Positions 49,907-60,469 of a stretch of 64,000 bases of DNA are shown in pieces; within the stretch, counting starts at the first letter, position 1; the number at the start of each line of letters is the position of its first letter. The stretch lies in IMG/VR virus record IMGVR_UViG_3300015375_001377, positions 12,511-76,510 of that record; one strand, 5' to 3'. The translations under genes were made by a program, and so were the position numbers. Below the pieces are notes generated by a model that searched no databases, was not told where the DNA came from, and worked only from the letters and a program-made list of their open reading frames with translations. Origin of the DNA: a virus (lineage: Duplodnaviria > Caudoviricetes).

Positions 49907-52900
49907 ATGGCAGGTAATGCTCGTTTTCATAATAAACTACACAGAAGAAACCACCATACTCTACCTTCTGTGGGATATCCTGATTCCGGAACAGACCCAA
50001 TAGCCTCGCCTGCAGAGCCTTTTCAAGGAGATTTTGGTCTTAATGGGTCTCTCTCTGGCACCGGTAATTTAGTATTTGACGGTAATGGTACTTTTTTAGG
50101 CAATCTTTCTGTATACGGTGATTTTTCTTATTTTGAAACATACGTTACTATTTCAAGCGCCCTTTCTGTAATTAATAATGGAACAGGCCCTGCGTTAACT
50201 GTTGTACAAGCTGGAGATGAGCCTGTTGCAAGATTTATTGATAAGAATGACGGTTGTGCTTTATTTATAGAAGACAACGGTCAAGTTACTATTAATACTT
50301 GCATACCTCCTGGACAAGTTTGGGATCCAAATACTAATACATTACAAAATATAAATTTAACTCTTGGCGGTATAATGTCTGCTTCAGGTGCAATAAGACA
50401 CAATACCCCCACATCACAAGTTATTTTTGTAAGTCAATCTGGTAATGATAGTTTTTCTGGGTTAAACCCTTCTCAAGCATTACGCACAATAAAGAAAGCT
50501 GCAAAAATTGCTTTTGATAAATATTATCCCAGAGCTGTTACTATTTTTGTTGATGCTGGTAGATATGTTGAAAACAATCCTATTTATTTACCAGCACGCA
50601 CTACAGTAATAGGAAATAATTTAAGAAGTGTAGATGTAATCCCTTATAATAAAAGAGAAGATATTTTTTGGTGTAATAATGGGTGTTATATTTGGGGAGT
50701 GACATTTAGAGAGCATTATGACCCCTGTGCTGCTACTGCTTTTCCTCAAACGCTTTCAGGAACTTTAGGTTATAATGTTGCATATAAAACACCTGGTTAT
50801 GAAATATCTACAACCAGAGTTGGCCCTCCTTTTGGTCTTCCAATAGTATCCAAACCTTACATTACAACTAGTCCATATACTCAAGGTAATAGTAGCATTG
50901 CAAGATTTTTAACCTTACCATTATCCTCTGTAGCCCAATCTCTTGATCCTGAACTTAACCCAGGCGTAAACGCTATAGGATCAATGCAAGGTTGTTTTGA
51001 TACAATTGTCGATATCATCTATAACGGAACCGATTCAACAGCAGTATCAACTTTTCGTATTACGGAAGCTAACCTAGCATGTGAAGCACTACTAAAAGCT
51101 AATAAAGAATACTTTGCTGACGCTGTTATTAATTTCATTAACACCACTTACCCGGGGTTTGTTTATGATCAAATTAAATGCTATAGAGATGTAGGCTACA
51201 TAATAGATTGTGTTAGTAGTGATTTGGTTATTGGTTCAACTTTAAGCTCAGTAAATGCAGGTAATTATTATTGGAATGGTGTTGTAAGTTTAATTGAAGG
51301 TCAAGAGCAACAGACATCAGCTGCTATAAAATATTTGAGAAACTTGGCTACAAGCTTTGCAACTAACGCAGGAGCATTGCAAGTATCGAGATGTTTAGGG
51401 TTAATAGATGATATAAAATTTATTATTAACAACGGATTAAATTTTGTACCCGCATCTTCTACTGTTGTTGATTACCCAGGTATAGTTGAGTCATCACTTT
51501 ATACAACTGTTAGTAGTAATATAAATTCTATAACTACAATAATAACCGGTGGGCTATCAGCAGCTCCTGCAGTTACAAATTATTATTATAATAACCCCTT
51601 GGTTACCTTTACTCTATCAGGAAGATTCAATGGATTAATAGATGACGTTATAACTATTATAAGTCAAGGGCTGACTGCAGTACCTGCAGTTTCATCTTTT
51701 TCAACATCCACAGGGTTACTATCATCAGAATTTTTACCAGTAGTAAGCGCAGCAATAGATAATATAACCTATATAATACAAAACGGTACAACAATTTTAC
51801 CTACTGCTTCTTCTTATGTTATTCCCTCAGGGAAAGAAACTACAATAAAGTCTATTTTAAAATTTAAAAGCTCTGCTCAATCTTTAGTAGTTAATTATAT
51901 TAATAATAAATATCCTTCCTTTGTATATGATAAAGAAAAATGTTACAGAGATGTGGGCTATATTGTTGACGCAATAGTAAATGATATTGCAAATGAAAAT
52001 AATGGCTCTTCTATAGAGGCTGGTGTCTTCTACTGGGATGGAGCAACATCTTTAATACCTGGTCAACAAATTGAAACTGTAGATGCTATTAATTATCTTT
52101 ACAAATTATTACAACTATCAACAGAAGATATTACAACAATTTCCAATCTTAATGCGTTCAAACCTGCATTACAAAGTTCTGTAATTAGCTATGTAAATGT
52201 TAATTTCCCTAACTTCGTATACAATAAAGAAAAATGCTATAGAGATGTTGCATTTATTATAGATGCAATTTCAATGGACGTAACTAATGGAAATAATATT
52301 GCATCTTTATCAGCTGGGAAATATTATTGGAATGGTGCAACATCTTTAATACCCGGTCAACAAACAGAAACTGTAGCTGCTATAAACCATTTAAAGAAAT
52401 CATTTTTAGCGTCTCCTGAAGCTTTAAACTCTGTTTATTCTTTATATGAGTATAAGCCTGAATTACAAGCTGAAATTGTTGCTTTTGTAAATAGGAAATT
52501 TTCTTCTCTAGTTTATGATCAAGCAAAATGCTTTAGAGATGTAGGCTATGTGGTAGACGCTCTAGTATCTGATCTTTCTGAAGGTACTAATTCTTCTAGC
52601 TTATCTTGTGGTAGATATTATTGGAGCGGTGCAACAACATTGATACCAGGTGAGCAGGTACAAACTGTTGCTGCTATGAATCAATTAATTAAATTAACAA
52701 GTAGTAGTAGTAGTATTTTAGACGCAATTGCTCTAATTAATAGGAACAAAAATTATCTTCAAACAGAAACCGTTTCTTATGTAAATAGAGTTTACCCAGG
52801 ATTTGCTTATGATGCAACTCTATGCTTTAGAGATGTAGGTCTAATACTTGAAAATATAAAAGAAGATTTAACTAACAATAATAATGTTGCTTCACTCTCC

Positions 52901-55579
52901 TCTGGACAGGCTTATTGGAATGGAACAACATCACTAATACCTAATCAAGCAAGAGAGACTATTGGTGCTTTAGATCATTTGAGATATCTTCTTACTTATG
53001 TATTAAAAAATACTACAGTAGAAAATTTAAATACAGGTTGCGGTATTAGAGTTGACGGTGAAAAAGCAACAGGATTTTTAAGAAGCTTTGTAACTGATTC
53101 CTTTACTCAATTTAATGAAGGTGGTATCGGTATACACATTATTAATTGTGGTTATGCTCAGTTGGTAAGTACCTTTACTATTTGTTGTACAGAAGGTGTA
53201 AAATGTGAATCTGGTGGTAATTGTAGTATTAGCACCTCAAACTGTTCGTTCGGGTTATCTGGGCTCGCAGCTATTGGTAAATCCAAGTTCCCTGTACTCA
53301 CAGGTAACTTTACTGATTTTGTAGCTACTGGTAATAATGAAATTATTATCAGCGACATTACACCCAGACCTTTCACAACTGCATATATAACAAACCCCTC
53401 ATTAACATCTATACCTGTAAATGAGCCTTATAAGGGATTATTAGTAAAAATTACAGATGACCCTAATAGCTATTATAATAAATTTGTAAATCCAAATGCT
53501 GAAACATTCTATCATGTAATTGAAAGTGTTAGTGCTTATCCAATGGCAACTTTAATTGACAGTGATGTATATGCAAATATAGGCAGTTTGATAGGTAATA
53601 TTAACTTTATTATAAATTACGGATTAACAGTAGTACCGCTTTCTAGTAATTTCACTCCTACATCAGGAATAGTAATGGGCGACCCTGCTGTATTATCACA
53701 ATTACTGTTAAATGATATTACTACTATTATTAATAATGGGCTCTCTGCTGTACCGCCAGTCTCTTCATTTAATTTCCCATCAAGCATTACTAGTGGCTCA
53801 GTTTCAGGTAGAGCTGCAGGGTTAATAGAGGATATTATTACCATTATTAATAACGGGCTTTCTGCTGTACCTGCTTTATCAACATTTACACCAGACACAG
53901 GGTTAATAAATTTAGAAGTTACCGAGAAAATAGATTTCTTATTAGGAGATATAACCTATATTATTAATAATGGTGTATCCATACTACCCCCAACATCATC
54001 CTTTACAGTATCACCATATACATCAGCAGCTATAGCTGCTCTTAATACATATAGAACTAACTTACAAACCCTAGTTGTAAATTACGTCAATTACTCCTTC
54101 CCCGGCTTTGTTTATGATCAAGATAAATGCTTTAGAGACGTAGGATTTATAATAGATGCTTTAATAACTGATTTAAATAATGGTAATAATTTATCTTCAA
54201 TAGATGCAGGATCATTTTATTGGAATGGTGCAACATCTTTAATACCCGGTCAACAAACAGAAACAGTTGCAGCTGTAAACTATCTAGGCACCTTAACAAA
54301 ACTCTCTTCTAATACTTTAAATACAATAATTTCTTGGAACAAATACAAACCTACATTACAAAGAAATGTAGTAAATTATGTAGATTATTCTTACCCAGGT
54401 TTTGTTTATAATCAAAATAAATGCTTTAGAGACGTGGGGTATTTGATTGATGCAGTTTCTATAGATATTGCTAGTGGAAATAATAATGCAAGTCTATCTG
54501 CAGGTAAGTATTACTTCAGTGGAAGCACTTCACTAATACCCGGTCAACAGCTTCAAACAACTGGTGCTATTAATCACTTGAAAAAAGCTATTAATACTTC
54601 CACTGATGTACTATCATCACTTAATAGTATTGAACAGTATAAGACTAAGATTCAAAATTCAGTTGTATCTTATGTAGATAGAACATATGCTAACCCTTAT
54701 TCAAACCCTCCATTTGTTTATAATAAAGATAAATGCTTTAGAGACGTAGGCTATATATTAAATGCTCTAGCTATAGATATGACTGAGGGAAATAATATTG
54801 CATCATTATCTGCAGGAAAATATTACTTTAGTGGTAATAATTCTCTTATTAGTGGTCAGCAATTACAAACCACTGATGCAATTAATCATATTAATAAATT
54901 GTTTAATGTTGCAGGTGAAACTTTAGATGCTATTTATCTTATTAACACAAAGAAGACCTTCTTACAAGATAATGTAGTTTATTTTGTTGACAGTAAATAC
55001 CCAGGATTTAATTATAATAGAAATATTTGCTATAGAGATGTAGGGTTACTTTCAGATTGTATAGTAACTGATTTAACTTACAATAATAATCACGCTTCCC
55101 TAGATGCAGGCAGGTCATATTGGAATGGCGCTACATCCAAGATAGCTGGGCAACAAAATGAAACAGTTGCAGCCATTAATTATTTGTATGAATTAATGAA
55201 GTTTTCTGACCCTAATAGGTATTTAATAACTTTTGAGAAAAACATAACATTCCCAATAAGCGCTAATCCAACTACACCTAAGTATGTAGAGTTTTATTTA
55301 AGATCTCAAATTACTACAAGCTCTCATGCTTTTGAATACATAGGAACAGGTGTTGAATTAGCAAAAGCAGTGCCTGCTCTGGGTGGTGTTGCTCACCCAG
55401 AATGGGAAGCAGTATTCTCTGATGGCGGTATAGTTTACTATACAAGTACTAATGAAGGTGGTGAATTTAAGGTCGGCCCAGACTTCACTATAGTACAAGC
55501 ATTAGGCAGAATTAAAGGAAGGGCATTTGATAAGGGAATATTAGCGCTAGTAACACCTCTTATCCTTGGGCTAGAATAA
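49907..55579 (+). CDS. large fibre protein: pectin-lyase-like beta-helix interrupted by phycobiliprotein/globin-like helical repeats
   Basis: VSQSGND...G......TIKKAA, AGRY.E..P, IG..LR.V; later RVDG...SFTQFN.GGIG.....GYAQLVS.FTICC and SQITTSSHAFEYIG as in cyanophage-type fibres; nine C(Y/F)RDV(G/A) repeats. Confidence 0.8.
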   Translation: MAGNARFHNKLHRRNHHTLPSVGYPDSGTDPIASPAEPFQGDFGLNGSLSGTGNLVFDGNGTFLGNLSVYGDFSYFETYVTISSALSVINNGTGPALTVVQAGDEPVARFIDKNDGCALFIEDNGQVTINTCIPPGQVWDPNTNTLQNINLTLGGIMSASGAIRHNTPTSQVIFVSQSGNDSFSGLNPSQALRTIKKAAKIAFDKYYPRAVTIFVDAGRYVENNPIYLPARTTVIGNNLRSVDVIPYNKREDIFWCNNGCYIWGVTFREHYDPCAATAFPQTLSGTLGYNVAYKTPGYEISTTRVGPPFGLPIVSKPYITTSPYTQGNSSIARFLTLPLSSVAQSLDPELNPGVNAIGSMQGCFDTIVDIIYNGTDSTAVSTFRITEANLACEALLKANKEYFADAVINFINTTYPGFVYDQIKCYRDVGYIIDCVSSDLVIGSTLSSVNAGNYYWNGVVSLIEGQEQQTSAAIKYLRNLATSFATNAGALQVSRCLGLIDDIKFIINNGLNFVPASSTVVDYPGIVESSLYTTVSSNINSITTIITGGLSAAPAVTNYYYNNPLVTFTLSGRFNGLIDDVITIISQGLTAVPAVSSFSTSTGLLSSEFLPVVSAAIDNITYIIQNGTTILPTASSYVIPSGKETTIKSILKFKSSAQSLVVNYINNKYPSFVYDKEKCYRDVGYIVDAIVNDIANENNGSSIEAGVFYWDGATSLIPGQQIETVDAINYLYKLLQLSTEDITTISNLNAFKPALQSSVISYVNVNFPNFVYNKEKCYRDVAFIIDAISMDVTNGNNIASLSAGKYYWNGATSLIPGQQTETVAAINHLKKSFLASPEALNSVYSLYEYKPELQAEIVAFVNRKFSSLVYDQAKCFRDVGYVVDALVSDLSEGTNSSSLSCGRYYWSGATTLIPGEQVQTVAAMNQLIKLTSSSSSILDAIALINRNKNYLQTETVSYVNRVYPGFAYDATLCFRDVGLILENIKEDLTNNNNVASLSSGQAYWNGTTSLIPNQARETIGALDHLRYLLTYVLKNTTVENLNTGCGIRVDGEKATGFLRSFVTDSFTQFNEGGIGIHIINCGYAQLVSTFTICCTEGVKCESGGNCSISTSNCSFGLSGLAAIGKSKFPVLTGNFTDFVATGNNEIIISDITPRPFTTAYITNPSLTSIPVNEPYKGLLVKITDDPNSYYNKFVNPNAETFYHVIESVSAYPMATLIDSDVYANIGSLIGNINFIINYGLTVVPLSSNFTPTSGIVMGDPAVLSQLLLNDITTIINNGLSAVPPVSSFNFPSSITSGSVSGRAAGLIEDIITIINNGLSAVPALSTFTPDTGLINLEVTEKIDFLLGDITYIINNGVSILPPTSSFTVSPYTSAAIAALNTYRTNLQTLVVNYVNYSFPGFVYDQDKCFRDVGFIIDALITDLNNGNNLSSIDAGSFYWNGATSLIPGQQTETVAAVNYLGTLTKLSSNTLNTIISWNKYKPTLQRNVVNYVDYSYPGFVYNQNKCFRDVGYLIDAVSIDIASGNNNASLSAGKYYFSGSTSLIPGQQLQTTGAINHLKKAINTSTDVLSSLNSIEQYKTKIQNSVVSYVDRTYANPYSNPPFVYNKDKCFRDVGYILNALAIDMTEGNNIASLSAGKYYFSGNNSLISGQQLQTTDAINHINKLFNVAGETLDAIYLINTKKTFLQDNVVYFVDSKYPGFNYNRNICYRDVGLLSDCIVTDLTYNNNHASLDAGRSYWNGATSKIAGQQNETVAAINYLYELMKFSDPNRYLITFEKNITFPISANPTTPKYVEFYLRSQITTSSHAFEYIGTGVELAKAVPALGGVAHPEWEAVFSDGGIVYYTSTNEGGEFKVGPDFTIVQALGRIKGRAFDKGILALVTPLILGLE
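51070..55200 (+). repeat. nine about 98-aa (294-nt period) helical repeats with invariant C-x-R-D-V
   Basis: Cys codons at 51179, 51941, 52235, 52529, 52823, 54128, 54422, 54734, 55028. Confidence 0.9.
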
Positions 55580-55587
55580 ATAATATT

Positions 55588-55965
55588 ATGGCTGATATAC
55601 CTCTAAATTATTTCTTAAGAAAATCAGTATCTTTTTCTAATACTTTAAGTGCAGTATATACAGCACCATTTGATAGAGCTGCAATAGTATTAGCTGGTTA
55701 TGTTACTAATACCACTTCTAATGACTATTCAATACAAGTAGGTATTTCAGGTGTAGGTAACCCAGCTTCTTTTATACCTAGAAAGCCATATTTTGATGTA
55801 GTTGGTCCTGATTTTCTCATACCAGCTAATGATACATGCAATATAGCACCGCAAAAACTAGTTCTACAAGAATTTGATTGTCTATTGATAAAAACTACAA
55901 CCACCCCCGCCAGCAGCTTAAAATTTAACTTATCAATATTAGAGACTATTAATCAAACCTCGTAA
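55588..55965 (+). CDS. small fibre-associated protein (partner of the upstream fibre)
   Basis: 125 aa; PLNYF...VYTAP...AIVL...TN resembles the small gene that follows such fibres in T4-like cyanophages. Confidence 0.65.
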   Translation: MADIPLNYFLRKSVSFSNTLSAVYTAPFDRAAIVLAGYVTNTTSNDYSIQVGISGVGNPASFIPRKPYFDVVGPDFLIPANDTCNIAPQKLVLQEFDCLLIKTTTTPASSLKFNLSILETINQTS

Positions 55966-55970
55966 ACCCT

Positions 55971-58900
55971 ATGAGTAACGCATATGTCCCACCAACCATA
56001 AGCGGGAAAACTAGGACACGTACCCCGTTTCAAGCTGAAACAACTGACCCTAATCGTTTTACATTTTTAAATTTAAATAATGCAGAACCTAATCTTGGAG
56101 TGCCTTTACCTCAAGACCCTTCTAATTTTGATGCTGTAGGTTCAAGGTATTTACTTTTAAGCAATACTATTGACGGTACTAAGCCTTGGAGAGTTTGGTC
56201 CATTTCTTCTCCTAAAATAGTAATAGCTAGTGTACTTAATACTATTGGTATTGGTAATGAAGTTAATATGGCTACTAACAATAGCTTTGTTTATACTAAT
56301 GTACCTAGTGCAATAAACCCTTACAACAATCAACCTATATTTGATAATTCTGTAAACTTTTTCTCACAAAGCGGTATATATCTCTATAATGCAACCACAA
56401 TAGGCGATCCTCTTTCCGCTACATCGTTTATAGTTACACCTTCTGGTTTCGTAGGTATTAATACTGTATACCCAACTTCAGAATTAACTGTACAAGGAGC
56501 AATTTCTACAAACAAGGGCTTAAGTGCAGTTGGTGTCGATGAGGTAAGCTTTTTTGAGGGTAGGGTGGCTATTGCAGTATCTGGTGATTTTATAGATTAC
56601 CCAGAACTAACTGTTAATGGACTAATATCCGCTAAAGAACTAATAGTAGATAGATTAACAGCTGATATAGATTTTCTTGATATTGAATCTCTAACTGCAA
56701 GGAATTTAGTTACAACCGATTCATTTTATGCAATAGGCAATAACAATATAGTTGAAAACTTATCAGTATTTAGAATAGATGGTATAGAAGCTAAATTTGA
56801 AACTTTAACTGCAAACATAACTTTTGAAAATCTGTATGTAGCAGGATCTGCATTTATAGGTAAAGGGTTAACCGTAAATGAATTTATATCTGCTAATGAA
56901 ATATATACAAGATCACTTACTGCAGAAAATGAATTTGTTAATAGTTCCTTTATTACTAGTTTAACTGCAAGTTCAGCAACTATTATAACTCTATCTTCTG
57001 ATAAAGGCTATTTTAATGATCTTACTGTATATACTGATTTTAGGGCACTAAGCACTGGGAATATTAATTATCTTTATTGTGATATTGCTGAGATAAATGG
57101 AGTTATAGCTGATTTTACAGTAACAGGCAGTTTATGTGCAGGGCCAAACCCAGCAGGTATATTATTCTTACATAATTTTGGAGGACTATCCGCATATAGC
57201 GACTACAACTATATTAAGAATTTATCTGTACAAAGAATTGATGGTAATGAAGCCAGGTTCAATTCATTAACTGCTGACTTAACTTTTGATAATTTATATG
57301 TAGCTGGATCTGCATTTATAAACAAGAATTTAATAGCTAATAGCTTACTATCTACTAATAATCTTTATTCCTATAGATTAACTTCTTACAATATAGTAAA
57401 CGACGTTATTGGTAGCAATTATGTCAACACTGCTTCTGCAAGAGTAAAAGACTTAGTTACTACTAACAGTTTTTATGCAAGTGGTAAGTCAACTATTGAA
57501 AGTCTTTCTGTATTTAGAGTTGAAGGTGTTGAAGCAAAATTTGATAGTTTAACAGCTAATTTAACTTTTGATAATTTATTTGTTAGTGGCTCTGGTTATG
57601 TAGGAGATAATTTTACTGCAGGTAAAAACCTTACTGTAAAAGATAGTTTCTCTGCAGCAAGTGTTTATACAAATAATCTTACAGCTACAAACGATGCTAT
57701 TGTAAGAAATAATTTAACTGTTGGTAAGATATTAAGTGCAGATACAATTGCCTTGGGCGACACCAATCTATTTACTTTTGATTATCCTGTTACTGCGTCT
57801 GGTGAGTTTCTAATACTTAACATAAATGGAACCAATAGAGGTATAAGACTGTGGGATATAGGTAGTGCTGTTCCTGTAATTAATATAATCACTAATGGCC
57901 AACTAGTATTACCAAAATACGAGATCTTTGATCAAATAAAGCTAGTTATAGACAACTCAGTATCTAATTTCACACTAGCATTTGATGAAACACATTATGT
58001 TATTGTACAGAATAACTTTGATATTAATAGTTTTGCAAATTGTAATCTTCAATTTACAAGCTTTATTAATACTTCAGCAAATGATGACTTTGTATTTACA
58101 ACTGAAAGTGCACTAATATCTGCAAGTAATGAAAAATATTTTACATTTTATTATTCAGATACAGGTTCAGCGCTTGTAACGTTGAATTTTTTTCCTAATA
58201 ACCCCTTCGTAACACCTACTTCAACACCCACAAATACACCTACACCGGTAACCAATACCCCTACACCTACGCCTTCTGTTACCCCTACCTTAACTCCAAC
58301 TATTACCCCTACACCAGTTACACCAACCCCAACTCCAACTATTACCCCTACAATACCCATAACGCCTTCCGCTACACCAACCATTACTCCTACTATTTCT
58401 ATTACCCCATCCGTTACCCCCACTTTTGATAACCAGGTATTTCAAATTACCGATGTTGAATACCTTGGTGGCAATTTAGTAAATGTTTATTTTGATTTAT
58501 CTGGTAGTTGTGATTCTATATGGTTGTGGTCTAACACAATGACACCACCCATATCAACATCAGTTTTAGTTACAGGATGCAGCAATGTAATTACTTATAC
58601 AGTATTTCCTATTTTAACAACAACAGATCTAACTAGATATTTCTGGGCAAGAAAACTCACAGCAGGCTTTACTAAAATAACTGATTCAAACATTTTTGAA
58701 TGGGCTCCACCTGGTTCTACTCCTACACCCACCCCTACAGTAACCGTTACACCATCTAATACACCAACAGTTACACCCACTATAACACCGACTGTTACTA
58801 ACACTCAATCTCCTACACCTTCTATAACACCAACAACCACAGAATTGTTTAATATATTACTACAAAATAGTGATTCTTTAATTGCACAGAATGGTGATTT

Positions 58901-60461
58901 TATTAGACATCAAGGTTCTTTTCCACCTGAACCTTCTAATACACCAACACCCACTTTAACACCTACTATTTCTCTAACACCAACCATAACCCTTACAAAA
59001 ACACCTACAAAAACACCCACTAGAACACCTACATTAACGCCTACTATTAGCCTTACACCTAGCAATACCCCTACACCAACTGTAACATATACCCCCCTTG
59101 CTTCTCAAACACCTTCAAACACCCCTACACCAACTGTAACTAATACACCATCAATTACACCTTCAATTACGCCTACTACAACACCTACTGTGACACCTTC
59201 AATTACACCTTCAATTACACCTTCAATTACGCCTACTATAACCCCCACAGTAACGCCTTCAGTGACTCCTTCGGTAACACCTACAATATCTCTTACCCCT
59301 ACTAATACACCAACACCTACAGTAACACCTACTGTACCTCTTCAAGGAACTTTAGTTTGGAACTTAAGTGATTGGGGTCCTAATACTACAGACACCTGGG
59401 TTATAGATACATTTGAACTACTAGATGTAAACCCTAGTTTACCATCTGATATAAAATTTACTACCAATTCACGTATTTCATCAATTGCACCTTTTGATTT
59501 TGAATATTTTACTGATAACTATTTAGCCATATACACCACAGATTCATCTAATTTTTATAACTTTACTCTAACTGCTGATCCATATTATGGTGTAAATTAT
59601 ACACCTGTTATAGACTTTTCAGCCTCATATAAGTTTTATACAGGTTTAATATCTGTTTCATCAGTATCAACTAATAAAACATATAATGTAGATGTTTTCT
59701 ACAACATACTACCACCATATAAGCCCGGTGTAGCCCCAGGTACTGATATAAACCATCCATTAATATATGAGAGAACTGTTTCACCCACATTAACATCAGT
59801 AACTATTTCAGCTAAAGATATAGTAGAATATTTTGGCAAAGTTTACAATAATAATACAGATTATTTTACTAATGTTAGTTTAGTTATAAACTTCAATGGG
59901 TATAGTTATGAACGTCTTCCAGTATCAGGTACATTTAAAAACTGTATAGAATTTACAAGATCTGCAGGTTTACAGCAAGTTTGTAGTATTACAGAAATGC
60001 AATCTGCTAATCAAACCAGATATGTAGGTATAAAATTTAATTTTAATCCAGAACACATTTCAATACCTGCTCCTGGTACTAAAACCTATTTACTACCACC
60101 AAATAAGCAAACTTATACTCACCTACAAAGTGGGTTTACAGGGTATACTCTAGGAATCGCCTCAACAGGAGTGCTTTCTCCAACAGTTACTTTAGATAGT
60201 TATGACTTTGATGGTGATTTATCTACTTGGAATATAAGTTTCTCAGCTTCTCCAAGTGATGTAAAGAATAACTATAACAATTCACTTTTAATTAATTCAG
60301 GTCTTATTATACTATATTCACCAGATAACGGTACAAATTGGTACTCATCAGGTGGTTATGGAGGAGGATATCAAGGGATACAATTATACCTAGAAGGTTC
60401 ACCAGACTATACTGGTATACCATTATTATTAAAATATGACACTTACAAATTTATACCATAA
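55971..60461 (+). CDS. long tail fibre-like protein with beta-repeat shaft and Pro/Thr tracts
   Basis: N-terminal [17 protein letters not shown] anchor; VGINT..P..ELTVQG repeats; three LSV.R(I/V)(D/E)G.EA(K/R)F..LTA.(I/L)TF.NL(Y/F)V.GS copies; three PT tracts. Confidence 0.75.
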   Translation: MSNAYVPPTISGKTRTRTPFQAETTDPNRFTFLNLNNAEPNLGVPLPQDPSNFDAVGSRYLLLSNTIDGTKPWRVWSISSPKIVIASVLNTIGIGNEVNMATNNSFVYTNVPSAINPYNNQPIFDNSVNFFSQSGIYLYNATTIGDPLSATSFIVTPSGFVGINTVYPTSELTVQGAISTNKGLSAVGVDEVSFFEGRVAIAVSGDFIDYPELTVNGLISAKELIVDRLTADIDFLDIESLTARNLVTTDSFYAIGNNNIVENLSVFRIDGIEAKFETLTANITFENLYVAGSAFIGKGLTVNEFISANEIYTRSLTAENEFVNSSFITSLTASSATIITLSSDKGYFNDLTVYTDFRALSTGNINYLYCDIAEINGVIADFTVTGSLCAGPNPAGILFLHNFGGLSAYSDYNYIKNLSVQRIDGNEARFNSLTADLTFDNLYVAGSAFINKNLIANSLLSTNNLYSYRLTSYNIVNDVIGSNYVNTASARVKDLVTTNSFYASGKSTIESLSVFRVEGVEAKFDSLTANLTFDNLFVSGSGYVGDNFTAGKNLTVKDSFSAASVYTNNLTATNDAIVRNNLTVGKILSADTIALGDTNLFTFDYPVTASGEFLILNINGTNRGIRLWDIGSAVPVINIITNGQLVLPKYEIFDQIKLVIDNSVSNFTLAFDETHYVIVQNNFDINSFANCNLQFTSFINTSANDDFVFTTESALISASNEKYFTFYYSDTGSALVTLNFFPNNPFVTPTSTPTNTPTPVTNTPTPTPSVTPTLTPTITPTPVTPTPTPTITPTIPITPSATPTITPTISITPSVTPTFDNQVFQITDVEYLGGNLVNVYFDLSGSCDSIWLWSNTMTPPISTSVLVTGCSNVITYTVFPILTTTDLTRYFWARKLTAGFTKITDSNIFEWAPPGSTPTPTPTVTVTPSNTPTVTPTITPTVTNTQSPTPSITPTTTELFNILLQNSDSLIAQNGDFIRHQGSFPPEPSNTPTPTLTPTISLTPTITLTKTPTKTPTRTPTLTPTISLTPSNTPTPTVTYTPLASQTPSNTPTPTVTNTPSITPSITPTTTPTVTPSITPSITPSITPTITPTVTPSVTPSVTPTISLTPTNTPTPTVTPTVPLQGTLVWNLSDWGPNTTDTWVIDTFELLDVNPSLPSDIKFTTNSRISSIAPFDFEYFTDNYLAIYTTDSSNFYNFTLTADPYYGVNYTPVIDFSASYKFYTGLISVSSVSTNKTYNVDVFYNILPPYKPGVAPGTDINHPLIYERTVSPTLTSVTISAKDIVEYFGKVYNNNTDYFTNVSLVINFNGYSYERLPVSGTFKNCIEFTRSAGLQQVCSITEMQSANQTRYVGIKFNFNPEHISIPAPGTKTYLLPPNKQTYTHLQSGFTGYTLGIASTGVLSPTVTLDSYDFDGDLSTWNISFSASPSDVKNNYNNSLLINSGLIILYSPDNGTNWYSSGGYGGGYQGIQLYLEGSPDYTGIPLLLKYDTYKFIP
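58210..59340 (+). repeat. three coding Pro/Thr tracts in the 1496-aa fibre
   Basis: About 58210-58425, 58715-58840 and 58925-59340. Confidence 0.8.
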
Positions 60462-60464
60462 ATA
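60459..60464 (+). promoter_or_regulatory. late promoter TAAATA
   Basis: Begins with the upstream TAA stop; 5 nt before ATG 60470. Confidence 0.6.
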
Positions 60465-60469
60465 ACTAT

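Noticed and set aside
49907-55579. Diversity-generating retroelement target, or proof of a cyanobacterial host
   Set aside because: No reverse transcriptase or adenine-specific TR/VR pair in the window; the phycobiliprotein-like repeats alone do not establish host, and no photosynthesis genes are present.
37015-59340. Minus-strand Gly/Val-rich ORFs (37015, 38428, 38704, 40660, 41836, 48659, 58151, 58595)
   Set aside because: Antisense shadows of Pro/Thr codons (ACN/CCN read GGN/NGT on the other strand, which avoids stops); no promoters or independent signal.
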